DNA from: Methanococcus maripaludis
Lineage (GTDB): Archaea > AGJL01 > Methanococci > Methanococcales > Methanococcaceae
Direction of reading: 5' to 3'
Assembly: GCF_002945325.1 (NCBI RefSeq)
Contig: NZ_CP026606.1
Coordinates: 1,680,001-1,712,000, forward strand
DNA: 32,000 bases
Shown here: piece after piece, positions 20,889 through 29,737 of the stretch
How the letters are laid out: each line of letters starts with the position of its first letter
Numbering within the stretch: position 1 is the stretch's first letter
The notes under the pieces: model-generated
What the model saw: only the letters and a program-made list of their open reading frames with translations
Told to the model about the DNA's origin: nothing
The model's database searches: none
Made by a program: the position numbers and the translations under genes

Positions 20889-20984
20889 ATGACGTATAGG
20901 TCGGAACAGTCGGAAACAAAAGTAGAATCATTATGTAAATTAAGTTCATTTGAATGTGTTGTTTTATTCCAGTGGTGGCAGTAA
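20889..20984 (+). CDS. Candidate trp leader peptide (31 aa, MTYRSEQSETKVESLCKLSSFECVVLFQWWQ)
   Basis: GGTGG (20880-20884) precedes ATG 20889 with the same GGTG-to-ATG spacing as the exporter gene. Tandem TGG TGG lies at 20973-20978, one codon before TAA 20982-20984. The ORF is below the ORF-track size cutoff and sits in the pyrC-trpC spacer. Confidence 0.35.
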   Translation: MTYRSEQSETKVESLCKLSSFECVVLFQWWQ

Positions 20985-21035
20985 TCACTGTGTAATTTGT
21001 TAGTGGACGCTATAGTCCGGTTAATTAGTATTTTT
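20970..21035 (+). promoter_or_regulatory. Attenuator-like set of overlapping RNA helices plus a U-tract
   Basis: Helix 1:2 pairs 20970-20976 with 20984-20990. Helix 2:3 pairs 20985-20990 with 21001-21006. Helix 3:4 pairs 21004-21008 with 21015-21019. A T5 run lies at 21031-21035. All pairings were found by eye. Confidence 0.25.
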
Positions 21036-21098
21036 GCAGTTGTTATCAAGAATTTAGAGATATCAGTATAGTTAATATTAATATATCTAACAATACGG

Positions 21099-21110
21099 AT
21101 TAATATAAAA
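21099..21110 (+). promoter_or_regulatory. TATA-like element proximal to trpC
   Basis: ATTAATATAAAA lies about 63 nt upstream of ATG 21173. In AT-rich DNA this match is weak evidence. Confidence 0.3.
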
Positions 21111-21172
21111 ATTCTAAGTATCGACTACACGGTTCATCAATTTATTCAAGATTTAAATTTTAGAGGGCAGTT

Positions 21173-21862
21173 ATGACCATAAATTTTAAAAAACAGGCAA
21201 ATGCCATAAAAAATTTTGACAAAAACCCAATAATCGCGGAAATTAAAGTTCATTCTCCAAAATATGGCGATTTGTTGAAAGGAAGATCTGAAATGGATAT
21301 TTTAAGAATATATGAAGAAGCTGGAGCAGTTGGAATTTCATATATTACTGATAAACAGCATTTCAACGGAAACTTTGACATGTTTAAAAAGATCTGCGAA
21401 AACACCGAACTTCCAGTTTTAAGAAAAGATTTTCTAACAACAAAAGACGAAATTGAAAAAACAGCAAGTGCCGGGGCAAGTACCGTTTTGATAATTGCAA
21501 GATTATTGAAAGAAAAAACAGCTGAATTTGTAGATTTTGCACTCGAATGCGGGCTTGATACGCTTGTTGAAGTTCATAACACAGAAGAAATTGAAATTGC
21601 TAAATCTACGAACACAACAATGATTGGAATAAACAACAGGGATATTTCAAAATTGGAACTTGATGATGGAACTGTTTCACTAACTGAAAATCTTGCAGAT
21701 TTAATTCCAAAAGACAGAATTCTTGTCAGTGAAAGTGGAATTGCTAATTTAACCGATTTAAAAACTGCATTAAAATATGCAGATGCTGCATTGATTGGAA
21801 CATCATTCATGACAGCCGAAAACCAAAACGAGTTCGTAAAAAGTTTTGTTGAGGGAAAATAA
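21173..21862 (+). CDS. trpC: Indole-3-glycerol-phosphate synthase
   Basis: Motifs IIAEIKVHSP, PVLRKDF, LVEVH, GINNRD and VSESGI are present. The SD AGAGGG lies 5 nt upstream. Confidence 0.9.
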   Translation: MTINFKKQANAIKNFDKNPIIAEIKVHSPKYGDLLKGRSEMDILRIYEEAGAVGISYITDKQHFNGNFDMFKKICENTELPVLRKDFLTTKDEIEKTASAGASTVLIIARLLKEKTAEFVDFALECGLDTLVEVHNTEEIEIAKSTNTTMIGINNRDISKLELDDGTVSLTENLADLIPKDRILVSESGIANLTDLKTALKYADAALIGTSFMTAENQNEFVKSFVEGK

Positions 21863-22827
21863 TGTTAAACAAACTAATTGAACGTGAGAATTTATCATTT
21901 GAAGAATCATATGAATTATTTAACATGCTTTTAAATGAAAGTGAAATGAGAATAGCAGCTTATTTGGTGGCATTACAGACAAAAGGCCTAACTGCTGATG
22001 AAATTGCAGGATTTGCAAAAGCAATGAGGGATAATGCAGTTAAAATTGACCTTGGGGAAGTTACTGACACTTGCGGAACTGGCGGGGACGGTTCAAAAAC
22101 AATAAACGTGAGCACAGCAGTTTCAATAATTCTTTCATGTTTTACAAAAGTTGCAAAACACGGAAACGTTTCAATTACTTCAAACAGTGGTTCGGCAAAT
22201 GTTTACGAAGCACTTGGCTGTAAAATTCCAGAAACTCCTGAAGATGCAAAAAAATCAATGGATAAAACAAATTTCGCATTTTTGTTTGCTCAAAAATACC
22301 ATCCTGCACTTAAAAAAATAATGCCTGTTAGAAACGAACTGAAAGTAAAAACAATATTTAATATTTTGGGACCTCTTGCAAACCCTGCAAACCCAAAATA
22401 CCAGATACTCGGAGTAAACTCTTCAGAATTATGTGATAATGTTGCAATTGCGTTATCAAAAGTTGGGGGCATTAAAAAAGCGCTTGTGGTATATGGTAAT
22501 GGACTTGATGAGTTAACTCCAAATGGCACTTCAAAGATAACTGAATATGACGGAAAATTTGACACTTACGAAGTAACTCCAAAAGACTTTGGATTGAACT
22601 ACTCAAAAATAATTCCTTGTGAAAGTCCTGATGAAAGTGCAAAAAGATTAATTGATGTATTTTCGGGAAAAATCAATGAAGACAGGAATTTTATATTGAT
22701 GAATGCTGCAGCTGCACTTTATACTTCAGAAATAGCGTCAGACTTCTTAGATGGTGTTGAAATTGCAAAAGAAGCGATCGAATCTGGAAAAGTCCTTAAA
22801 AAACTTGAGGAGATAAGAAATGTATAA
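21862..22827 (+). CDS. trpD: Anthranilate phosphoribosyltransferase
   Basis: Motifs CGTGGDGSKTINVST and KHGN are present. The gene overlaps trpC by 1 nt (TAATG). Confidence 0.93.
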   Translation: MLNKLIERENLSFEESYELFNMLLNESEMRIAAYLVALQTKGLTADEIAGFAKAMRDNAVKIDLGEVTDTCGTGGDGSKTINVSTAVSIILSCFTKVAKHGNVSITSNSGSANVYEALGCKIPETPEDAKKSMDKTNFAFLFAQKYHPALKKIMPVRNELKVKTIFNILGPLANPANPKYQILGVNSSELCDNVAIALSKVGGIKKALVVYGNGLDELTPNGTSKITEYDGKFDTYEVTPKDFGLNYSKIIPCESPDESAKRLIDVFSGKINEDRNFILMNAAAALYTSEIASDFLDGVEIAKEAIESGKVLKKLEEIRNV

Positions 22828-24139
22828 ATTGGATTATGTAAATCCTCTAAAACTTTATGGTGTTTTAAGGGATGAAGGAAAATATCCAGTAATGCTTGAA
22901 TCAAGAGCTAAAGGGCAGATTAATGCAAGGTACACCTATATTTCTTCAAATCCCGAATATATGCTCAGAATTGGTAATAAAACCAAAATGGACAACGAAA
23001 CGATTTCAAAAGAAAGCAACCCTTTCAAAGCTTTAAAAGAAAATTTCAAAGTTACTCAAAAAGGCGACAGATTCACCGGCGGATACGTTGGATATATTGC
23101 ATATGACTGTATCCATAACTACATTGGTGGAAAAATCGAGGAACCTTCGGTATTTGGATACTATGACCACATGTATGTTTACGATCATGAAACAAGGAAT
23201 TTTTACTACCATTCTGAAAATAACAACCCAGAAGAATTAAGAAATGCTGAATTAACTGTTGAAAAAGCAAAAAATTTCAAAATCGAAGAGGAAGACGGCG
23301 GAATTGAAGTTTTGGGTTGCGATGCGGACTTAGACGACTATGTAAAAATGGTTGAAAAAACTAAAGAATATATTTATGCAGGCGATGCTTTTCAGGTCGT
23401 TCCTTCAAGAGAATATCGCTTGAAAAATGAATTTTCTGCATTTCAATTGTATAGGAATCTTAGAAAAGTAAATCCAAGTCCGTACATGTTTTTGCTCGAA
23501 TTTGATAAGGACGTTGTTGGAGCATCACCTGAAACAATGGCTTCGGTTCAGAATAATATCTTAAAAGTAAACCCTATTGCAGGGACTACTGCAATTGGAA
23601 AAACTGAAAGCGAAACTCAAAAATTGGCAGAAGCACTCTTAAAGGACGAAAAAGAGCGAGCAGAACACATGATGCTTGTTGACCTTGCAAGAAACGATGT
23701 CAGAAAAGTTTCAAAATCTGGAAGTATTGTGCTTGAAAGGTTTTTCGATGTTGTAAGGTACAGCCATGTTCAGCACATCGAAAGTGAGGTGCTTGGAACA
23801 TTAAAAGACAATTCGACAATATTTGATGCAATAGAAGCTGCATTCCCGGCAGGAACTCTAACCGGAGCTCCAAAATTCAGAGCAATGGAAATTATTGATG
23901 AAGTTGAAAAATCAAGAAGAAAAATTTACGGCGGAGCTGTAGGTTATTTCTCAAACAGCGGCAATGCGGACCTTGCAATTGGAATTAGAATGGCAGAAAT
24001 TGACAGCGTTTGCAGAGTACGAGCAGGCGGAGGGGTTGTTGCTGACTCAGTACCTGAAAATGAATACTACGAAACAGAGCGGAAAATGGCCGCAATGATG
24101 AAAGCACTGGGTGTTCAAAATGATAGTGATAATAGATAA
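22820..24139 (+). CDS. trpE: Anthranilate synthase component I
   Basis: Motifs AFPAGTLTGAPKFRAMEII and GGAVGYF are present. The gene overlaps the trpD stop by 8 nt. Confidence 0.95.
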   Translation: MYKLDYVNPLKLYGVLRDEGKYPVMLESRAKGQINARYTYISSNPEYMLRIGNKTKMDNETISKESNPFKALKENFKVTQKGDRFTGGYVGYIAYDCIHNYIGGKIEEPSVFGYYDHMYVYDHETRNFYYHSENNNPEELRNAELTVEKAKNFKIEEEDGGIEVLGCDADLDDYVKMVEKTKEYIYAGDAFQVVPSREYRLKNEFSAFQLYRNLRKVNPSPYMFLLEFDKDVVGASPETMASVQNNILKVNPIAGTTAIGKTESETQKLAEALLKDEKERAEHMMLVDLARNDVRKVSKSGSIVLERFFDVVRYSHVQHIESEVLGTLKDNSTIFDAIEAAFPAGTLTGAPKFRAMEIIDEVEKSRRKIYGGAVGYFSNSGNADLAIGIRMAEIDSVCRVRAGGGVVADSVPENEYYETERKMAAMMKALGVQNDSDNR

Positions 24140-24716
24140 CAAAGATTCGTTTGTATGGAATTTGGCAGACTATGCATCGATTTATGATTCTGTAAAAGTT
24201 GTTCCAAACACGATTTCAATTGATGAGTTAAAAAAATTGAATCCTGATGGAATAATTATTTCACCAGGTCCCGGAGCTCCAGAAAACAAAAGAGATGTTG
24301 AAAACTGTCCTGAAATTATAAAAACTATGGATGTACCCGTTCTTGGAGTATGTCTTGGACACCAAACAATTGCACACATATTTGGCGGAAAAGTTGGAAG
24401 AATTCCTCCGGTTCACGGAAAATCAAGTTCTGTAACCCACGATTCAAAAGGAATCTTTAAAAATGTGAAAAATCCATTTACTGCTGGAAGATACCATTCT
24501 TTATCAGTTTTAAAAGTTCCTGAAAATTTTACAGTTACTGCAACGACTGATGACGGAACAGTCATGGGAATAAGGCATAATGATATGCCAATCGAAGGAG
24601 TTCAATTTCACCCTGAAAGTGTATTAACAGAATTTGAAGAAAAAGAAGGGCTAAAAATTATTGAAAATTTTGTGAAATTCGCTAAAACATATAAATCTTT
24701 TAAAAAGGAAATTTAA
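24120..24716 (+). CDS. trpG: Anthranilate synthase component II (glutamine amidotransferase)
   Basis: IVIIDNKDSF, the catalytic Cys in GVCLGHQ, and VQFHPES are present. ATG 24120 has GGGTG 6 nt upstream (track start GTG 24111). The gene overlaps trpE by 20 nt. Confidence 0.93.
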   Translation: MIVIIDNKDSFVWNLADYASIYDSVKVVPNTISIDELKKLNPDGIIISPGPGAPENKRDVENCPEIIKTMDVPVLGVCLGHQTIAHIFGGKVGRIPPVHGKSSSVTHDSKGIFKNVKNPFTAGRYHSLSVLKVPENFTVTATTDDGTVMGIRHNDMPIEGVQFHPESVLTEFEEKEGLKIIENFVKFAKTYKSFKKEI

Positions 24717-24726
24717 GTGAAAAATC

Positions 24727-25362
24727 ATGTTCATAAAAATTTGCGGAATAAAAACTCCAGAAGAACTAAGAATAGTTGAAAATTACGGCAGCGCTACCGG
24801 AGTAATTTTAGAATGTGCTTCAAAAAGAAGAATTGGTTTTGAAACAGCAAAAAATCTTGTAAATTTATCGAATATTCCTGTATTTGCAGTTTCAACAACA
24901 TTCGATATTTCAGTATGGGAAAATATTATTGAATTGACAGGTACGAACTATTTACAGATGCATTCGGATATCGACCAAAAAGCAATAGATTTCATTAAAA
25001 ATGAGTACGGATGCTTTATTATGAAATCGTTTAAAATTCCTGAAACAAGCGAATCACCTGAAATTGATGCTGAAAAAATTATTTCAGAAATTGAAACTTA
25101 TGAAGTTGATAGAATTTTATTGGATACTGGAAAAGGATGTGGGCAGATTCATGACCACAGAATAAGTCAAATGATTGCAAAAAAGTTTGACATTGTTCTT
25201 GCAGGGGGTCTTGATCCTGATAACGTATTAAAAATTGTAAAATCTGTAAAACCGTTTGGAGTTGACGTTTCAAGCGGAGTTGAGAATAATAATTCAAAGG
25301 ACGAAGAATTGATAAAAAAATTTTGTGAAAATGTAAAATTAGGTGAAAATTATGAAATGTGA
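24727..25362 (+). CDS. trpF: Phosphoribosylanthranilate isomerase
   Basis: The N-terminus is [14 protein letters not shown] and GVDVSSGVE are present. Confidence 0.88.
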   Translation: MFIKICGIKTPEELRIVENYGSATGVILECASKRRIGFETAKNLVNLSNIPVFAVSTTFDISVWENIIELTGTNYLQMHSDIDQKAIDFIKNEYGCFIMKSFKIPETSESPEIDAEKIISEIETYEVDRILLDTGKGCGQIHDHRISQMIAKKFDIVLAGGLDPDNVLKIVKSVKPFGVDVSSGVENNNSKDEELIKKFCENVKLGENYEM

Positions 25363-26536
25363 AGGATACTTTGGAGAATACGGCGGGCAGTTTATCCCTG
25401 AAGTTTTGATGCCTGCAATCGACGAGCTTAAAGAAGCATATTTTGAATTGAAAGATGATGAAGACTTTCAAAATGAGCTTTCCTACTATTTGAAAAATTA
25501 TGCAGGACGTGAAACGCCGCTTTACTATGCTGAAAATTTGACCAAAAAGCTTGGCGGTGCAAAAATTTACTTAAAAAGGGAAGATTTACTTCACGGAGGG
25601 GCTCACAAAACTAATAATACTATCGGTCAAGCGCTGCTTGCTAAAAGAATGGGTAAAACAAGAATAATCGCAGAAACCGGTGCAGGACAGCACGGTGTTG
25701 GAACTTCAATGGCTGGAGCATTGTTTGGACTTGAAACTGAAATTTTCATGGGAAGACTTGATACCGAAAGGCAGCAACCAAACGTATTTAGAATGAAACT
25801 TCTCGGTGCAAAAGTAACTCCTGTTGATACAGGTTCAAAAGTTTTAAAAGATGCGGTAAACGAAGCAATGAGGAACTGGACTGCAACATTTGAAAACACG
25901 CATTATTTAATGGGAACTGTTATGGGGCCACACCCTTTCCCAACGATTGTTAGAGATTTCCAGTCTGTAATTGGAAAAGAAGTTAAAAAACAAATAATGG
26001 AACAGGAAGGAAGACTTCCAGATCACTTGGTTGCATGTATTGGTGGTGGAAGTAACGCACTTGGTTTATTCCATGCATTTATTCAAGATAAAGACGTTAG
26101 AATGGTTGGAATTGAAGCTGCGGGAAAAGGACTCAACACAAGCCTTCACGGAGCCTCCATTTCAAAAGGAAAGAAAGGAGTTCTTCACGGAATGCTTTCA
26201 TACTTCTTACAGGATGAAGATGGCCAAATTGAAGAAGCATACAGTATATCAGCAGGATTGGACTATCCTGGAATTGGCCCAGAACACGCATATTTACACG
26301 ATTCTGGAAGAGCAGAATATGCATCAGCAACTGATGATCAGGCATTAAGCGCATTCATGGAACTTACAAGAAGTGAGGGAATAATTCCAGCTTTGGAATC
26401 ATCACACGCGGTAGCTTACGCAATTGAAAATGCCGGAAACATGGATAAAGATGAAATAATGGTCATAAACCTTTCAGGAAGGGGCGACAAGGATTTAAAC
26501 ACCGTAATTGACATCATGCAAAAAAGAGGGATGTAA
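25352..26536 (+). CDS. trpB: Tryptophan synthase beta chain
   Basis: The PLP-lysine motif is [16 protein letters not shown] and GGGSNA are present. ATG 25352 has AGGTGA 5 nt upstream (track start GTG 25343). The gene overlaps trpF by 11 nt. Confidence 0.96.
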   Translation: MKCEGYFGEYGGQFIPEVLMPAIDELKEAYFELKDDEDFQNELSYYLKNYAGRETPLYYAENLTKKLGGAKIYLKREDLLHGGAHKTNNTIGQALLAKRMGKTRIIAETGAGQHGVGTSMAGALFGLETEIFMGRLDTERQQPNVFRMKLLGAKVTPVDTGSKVLKDAVNEAMRNWTATFENTHYLMGTVMGPHPFPTIVRDFQSVIGKEVKKQIMEQEGRLPDHLVACIGGGSNALGLFHAFIQDKDVRMVGIEAAGKGLNTSLHGASISKGKKGVLHGMLSYFLQDEDGQIEEAYSISAGLDYPGIGPEHAYLHDSGRAEYASATDDQALSAFMELTRSEGIIPALESSHAVAYAIENAGNMDKDEIMVINLSGRGDKDLNTVIDIMQKRGM

Positions 26537-27313
26537 ATGAATAAACCAGTGTTAGTCAGTTTTTTAGTTTCTGGAGATCCAAATCCAGATGCAACATTGA
26601 AATTTATGAAAACACTCGATAAATATTCGGGAGTAATTGAACTAGGAATCCCGTTTAGCGACCCTGTTGCAGATGGGCCAACAATTCAGGCAGCAGATGT
26701 AAGGTCTCTATCTAATAAATTTAAAATTTCTAAATCATTTGATATATTGAAAGAATTTAGAAAAGAATCAAGTACTCCTGTAATTTTGATGACATACTAC
26801 AATCCTGTATTTAAAAGAGGAATTGAAAACTTTGTAATTCAAGCAAAAGAAGCAGGTGCAAATGGACTTATTATTGTTGATTTGCCACTTCAAGAAGCAA
26901 CAGAATATCGAGAAATCTGTAAAAAACACGAAATGGGAACGGTATTTCTTGCAGCACCAAACACTCCAGAAGAACGTTTAAAAATATCTGATGAAGCAAG
27001 CACTGAATTTTTGTACCTTATTTCAACTTTTGGAATCACAGGTGCAAGGGATACCTTCGAACAGATGACATTTGATTTTATTAAACGAGCAAGAACAACT
27101 TGCAAAGGAAAAATCTGCGTTGGATTTGGAATTTCAAAAGGAAGTCATGCAGAAAGTTTAATTGAACAGGGTGCTGATGGAGTAATTGTTGGAAGTGCAT
27201 TTGTAGATATTATTAAAAATTATGGGGATTCAGAAGAAGCACTTGTTAAATTAGAAGAACTTGCAAAAGAATTAAGTGAAGGAATCGATAAAGGATACGG
27301 AAAAAGAAAATAA
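26537..27313 (+). CDS. trpA: Tryptophan synthase alpha chain
   Basis: Motifs [17 protein letters not shown] and VGFGIS are present. The ATG directly abuts the trpB stop (TAAATG). Confidence 0.93.
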   Translation: MNKPVLVSFLVSGDPNPDATLKFMKTLDKYSGVIELGIPFSDPVADGPTIQAADVRSLSNKFKISKSFDILKEFRKESSTPVILMTYYNPVFKRGIENFVIQAKEAGANGLIIVDLPLQEATEYREICKKHEMGTVFLAAPNTPEERLKISDEASTEFLYLISTFGITGARDTFEQMTFDFIKRARTTCKGKICVGFGISKGSHAESLIEQGADGVIVGSAFVDIIKNYGDSEEALVKLEELAKELSEGIDKGYGKRK

Positions 27314-27339
27314 CTACAAATTAATTGCGAAATTAAAAA

Positions 27340-28560
27340 TTAAAAGAACTTATCAAGGGTGGCCTGCCTTTGATTGCTCTTTAAAATCTTACTTTCTGTT
27401 TCATAGTCTTTCATTGGAACATCGAGGTATTTTTTTATCTCTTCAAGTGCAGATTTTAAATCATTAAATTTGCCAAGCCTGTTTTCCATTGCAAGCCTTA
27501 CGCCAGTTCGAATCTGCCATACTCCAACTGGGGCATAATATTCCGGAGTAATTTCTCGAAATACTAGTATTTTCGCCTGTTTTTTTCGTTTTTTAAGGTA
27601 TTCCAAAACACTTAGTCGGCCTGCATAAAATGCACCTGTTATTTTATTGGCATATCCTTTCATTCCCGTAATATCTTCAAAGTCCCCTAAAATCTGGTAG
27701 TTTTCACCGCTGAAAAGGGAACCTTTAAGCCAAACTTCAAGCATTTCAAAGGCATACAGATCTGGAACCAAAAGAACTGCATATCTATTCCCGAGGAAAT
27801 TTTTAAAGTACACTTCGTAGTCATTAATCTGGTTATTTTCCAATATTTTTTTCTTTACGTGCTTTCCAAGCAAATCCTGTGCCGCAGTTATGCTCCATTT
27901 TGTTGGAACGAGTTTTTTATTTATTCCAAGGAGCCCTGTTGAAAGAAGTTTTATTATGTAGTACTCATCAAATCCCGAATCGTAAAGTGAAATCATCCCC
28001 TCATTCGCCTTTAAATCATCACCTACGATATAATCGGATTTTCGGGGGATTTTCGGGTTTTCTGCAAGTCTGAATTTTAACATGCTTTCTCGTGGGCCGA
28101 CAGGGGGCGTAAATCCACCAGTTATTAATTCAAGTTTTGGGGCTTTTTTAAGTTCAATTTCACTATCAACAGGTTTATTCGCCATTGCAAGTTCCTGAAT
28201 GTTGTTTAATAACTTTGAATTTTTATTCACTGAAACATTTGCATTAGTTTCGCCCATAACAAGCATTGAACGGTATTCCATAATTTCAGGAATTGTAATA
28301 TTGTCCCATCGACTGGGATCATCCATAAAAGAAGTATCCCCTTCCACAGGTGGAACCATTGGTCCAATCCTGACGTTTGGGTATTCAAATTCTCCAACAA
28401 AAACGGATGGGGGGGACGCTCCAAAAATTTCTTTTTTATTTATTTTTGATTCAACTGATTTTGCAACCCTAAATTTTTCAAGTATTGGGCACCTTGGCCT
28501 TCCGCAAAGATGTTTCCTACCCTTACAAAGAGCGCATGTTTTTGACCTGAAAAGTTCCAT
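27340..28560 (-). CDS. nreA: Nre-family DNA repair protein (NreA-like) with a C-terminal PIP box
   Basis: The N-terminal Cys cluster is CALCKGRKHLCGRPRCPILEKF. The protein has Nre_N/Nre_C-like length. The terminal QATLDKFF fits QxxLxxFF. Confidence 0.75.
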   Translation of the reverse strand: MELFRSKTCALCKGRKHLCGRPRCPILEKFRVAKSVESKINKKEIFGASPPSVFVGEFEYPNVRIGPMVPPVEGDTSFMDDPSRWDNITIPEIMEYRSMLVMGETNANVSVNKNSKLLNNIQELAMANKPVDSEIELKKAPKLELITGGFTPPVGPRESMLKFRLAENPKIPRKSDYIVGDDLKANEGMISLYDSGFDEYYIIKLLSTGLLGINKKLVPTKWSITAAQDLLGKHVKKKILENNQINDYEVYFKNFLGNRYAVLLVPDLYAFEMLEVWLKGSLFSGENYQILGDFEDITGMKGYANKITGAFYAGRLSVLEYLKKRKKQAKILVFREITPEYYAPVGVWQIRTGVRLAMENRLGKFNDLKSALEEIKKYLDVPMKDYETESKILKSNQRQATLDKFF

Positions 28561-28772
28561 AAAATCCCTTTGAAATTTTTAAATTACATTTTTTCAAATT
28601 TATCCATATTTGGGCTTTTTTTACAAATAATACTTATGTATTCAATGAATTTAAACTTATTTTATGGATTTAGTAAAGTTTGAAAGATTTAGATATATTT
28701 GGGAATCTAGAAAGATATATAATATAAATTGAACAGATGTAAAGCTTCAACTTTAAATCATAAGGGGTTTTT

Positions 28773-29021
28773 ATGAATATAATCTATATTTTGATAGTGG
28801 GTTTAATTATCGGATATTTATTTAAAAGCAGTCTTGAAAAAGTCGATTTATCAAAACCAACAAATTTAGCACTTCTTCTTTTGATATTTTTTATGGGTGT
28901 GGAAGCTGGAAAAGTCGATTTAAATGCATTTTCAACGTTTGTAGTTTCAATGGAATTTTCAGTCATTGTAATGGTTACAAGCCTCCTTGTGGCAGTATTT
29001 TTAGGGGGTAGGTTCAGATGA
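28773..29021 (+). CDS. LysO/DUF340-family membrane protein, small subunit
   Basis: The 82-aa protein has 3 TMs and reads ILIVGLIIGYLFK...LLLLIFFMGVEAGK. It overlaps the next gene by ATGA. Confidence 0.6.
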   Translation: MNIIYILIVGLIIGYLFKSSLEKVDLSKPTNLALLLLIFFMGVEAGKVDLNAFSTFVVSMEFSVIVMVTSLLVAVFLGGRFR

Positions 29022-29605
29022 ATTTTACAGTTTTGGTGTTAATTTTCCTAATTTTGGGATTTATTGTTGGACGAAGTATGGGAATTGACTTTGGAAATAT
29101 GTATGAAATAATGCTTTACATCCAGATTTTATTAATTGGAATTGATCTTGGAAAAAGTAGCGGTCTTAGGGGAGTTAAAAAAGTTGGAAAATTTGGTCTT
29201 TTACTTCCATTATTTACAATCATCGGTTCATTAATCGGCGGAATAATTGCATCAATTGTTTTAAACATTCCTATAAAATATGCACTTGCAATTGCGTCAG
29301 GAATGGGCTGGTACAGTCTTTGTGGGCCAATTTTAGCAAAATATTCTGCAATTTATGGGGTAATGGGATTTTTGGTAAATCTTGCAAGAGAAGTTTTAAC
29401 AATTATCGGCTATTCTTTTGTGATAAAAAAGTTTCCAAAAGATATGGCAATTACGCTTGGTGGTGGGACCAGCATGGATTCAACACTTCCAATAATCGTT
29501 AAATTTGGTGGAAAAGACATAATGATTCTTTCATTTGTACATGGCTTTATTTTGACGCTTTTAATCCCATTTATAACGCCGTTTATATTAATGCTTCCAA
29601 TCTAG
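29018..29605 (+). CDS. LysO/DUF340-family membrane protein, large subunit
   Basis: The 195-aa protein is multi-TM and contains ILLIGIDLGK and SGMGWYSLCGPIL. It is translationally coupled to the preceding gene. Confidence 0.6.
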   Translation: MNFTVLVLIFLILGFIVGRSMGIDFGNMYEIMLYIQILLIGIDLGKSSGLRGVKKVGKFGLLLPLFTIIGSLIGGIIASIVLNIPIKYALAIASGMGWYSLCGPILAKYSAIYGVMGFLVNLAREVLTIIGYSFVIKKFPKDMAITLGGGTSMDSTLPIIVKFGGKDIMILSFVHGFILTLLIPFITPFILMLPI

Positions 29606-29737
29606 AATTTTAAATTTTAATTCACCACTAATTTTTTTAAAAATTTTCAATGTGGTATAATACGATAAAATTACAATTTTAAAGTTTAAAAAAGTTTATT
29701 TTTGTTTAAAAATTAAAAAAAGGAAATATTCAATATA

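Noticed and set aside
20900-20917. A tandem direct repeat GTCGGAAC-A-GTCGGAAAC lies inside the candidate leader ORF.
   Set aside because: It could be a protein-binding site, but it lies within the putative coding region (giving SEQSE). I have no second line of evidence, so I mention it only as something to watch in alignments.
20865-20996. Three TGTAA(A/T) motifs (20865, 20934, 20991) in the trp upstream region resemble TrpY TRP boxes (TGTACA).
   Set aside because: The motifs are short and AT-rich, spaced irregularly (69 and 57 nt) and not palindromic. No trpY-like gene is in the window. The pattern cannot be distinguished from chance.
27276-27467. A 63-aa ORF bridges the 3' ends of trpA and nreA.
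   Set aside because: It overlaps the ends of both convergent genes and shows no independent signals.
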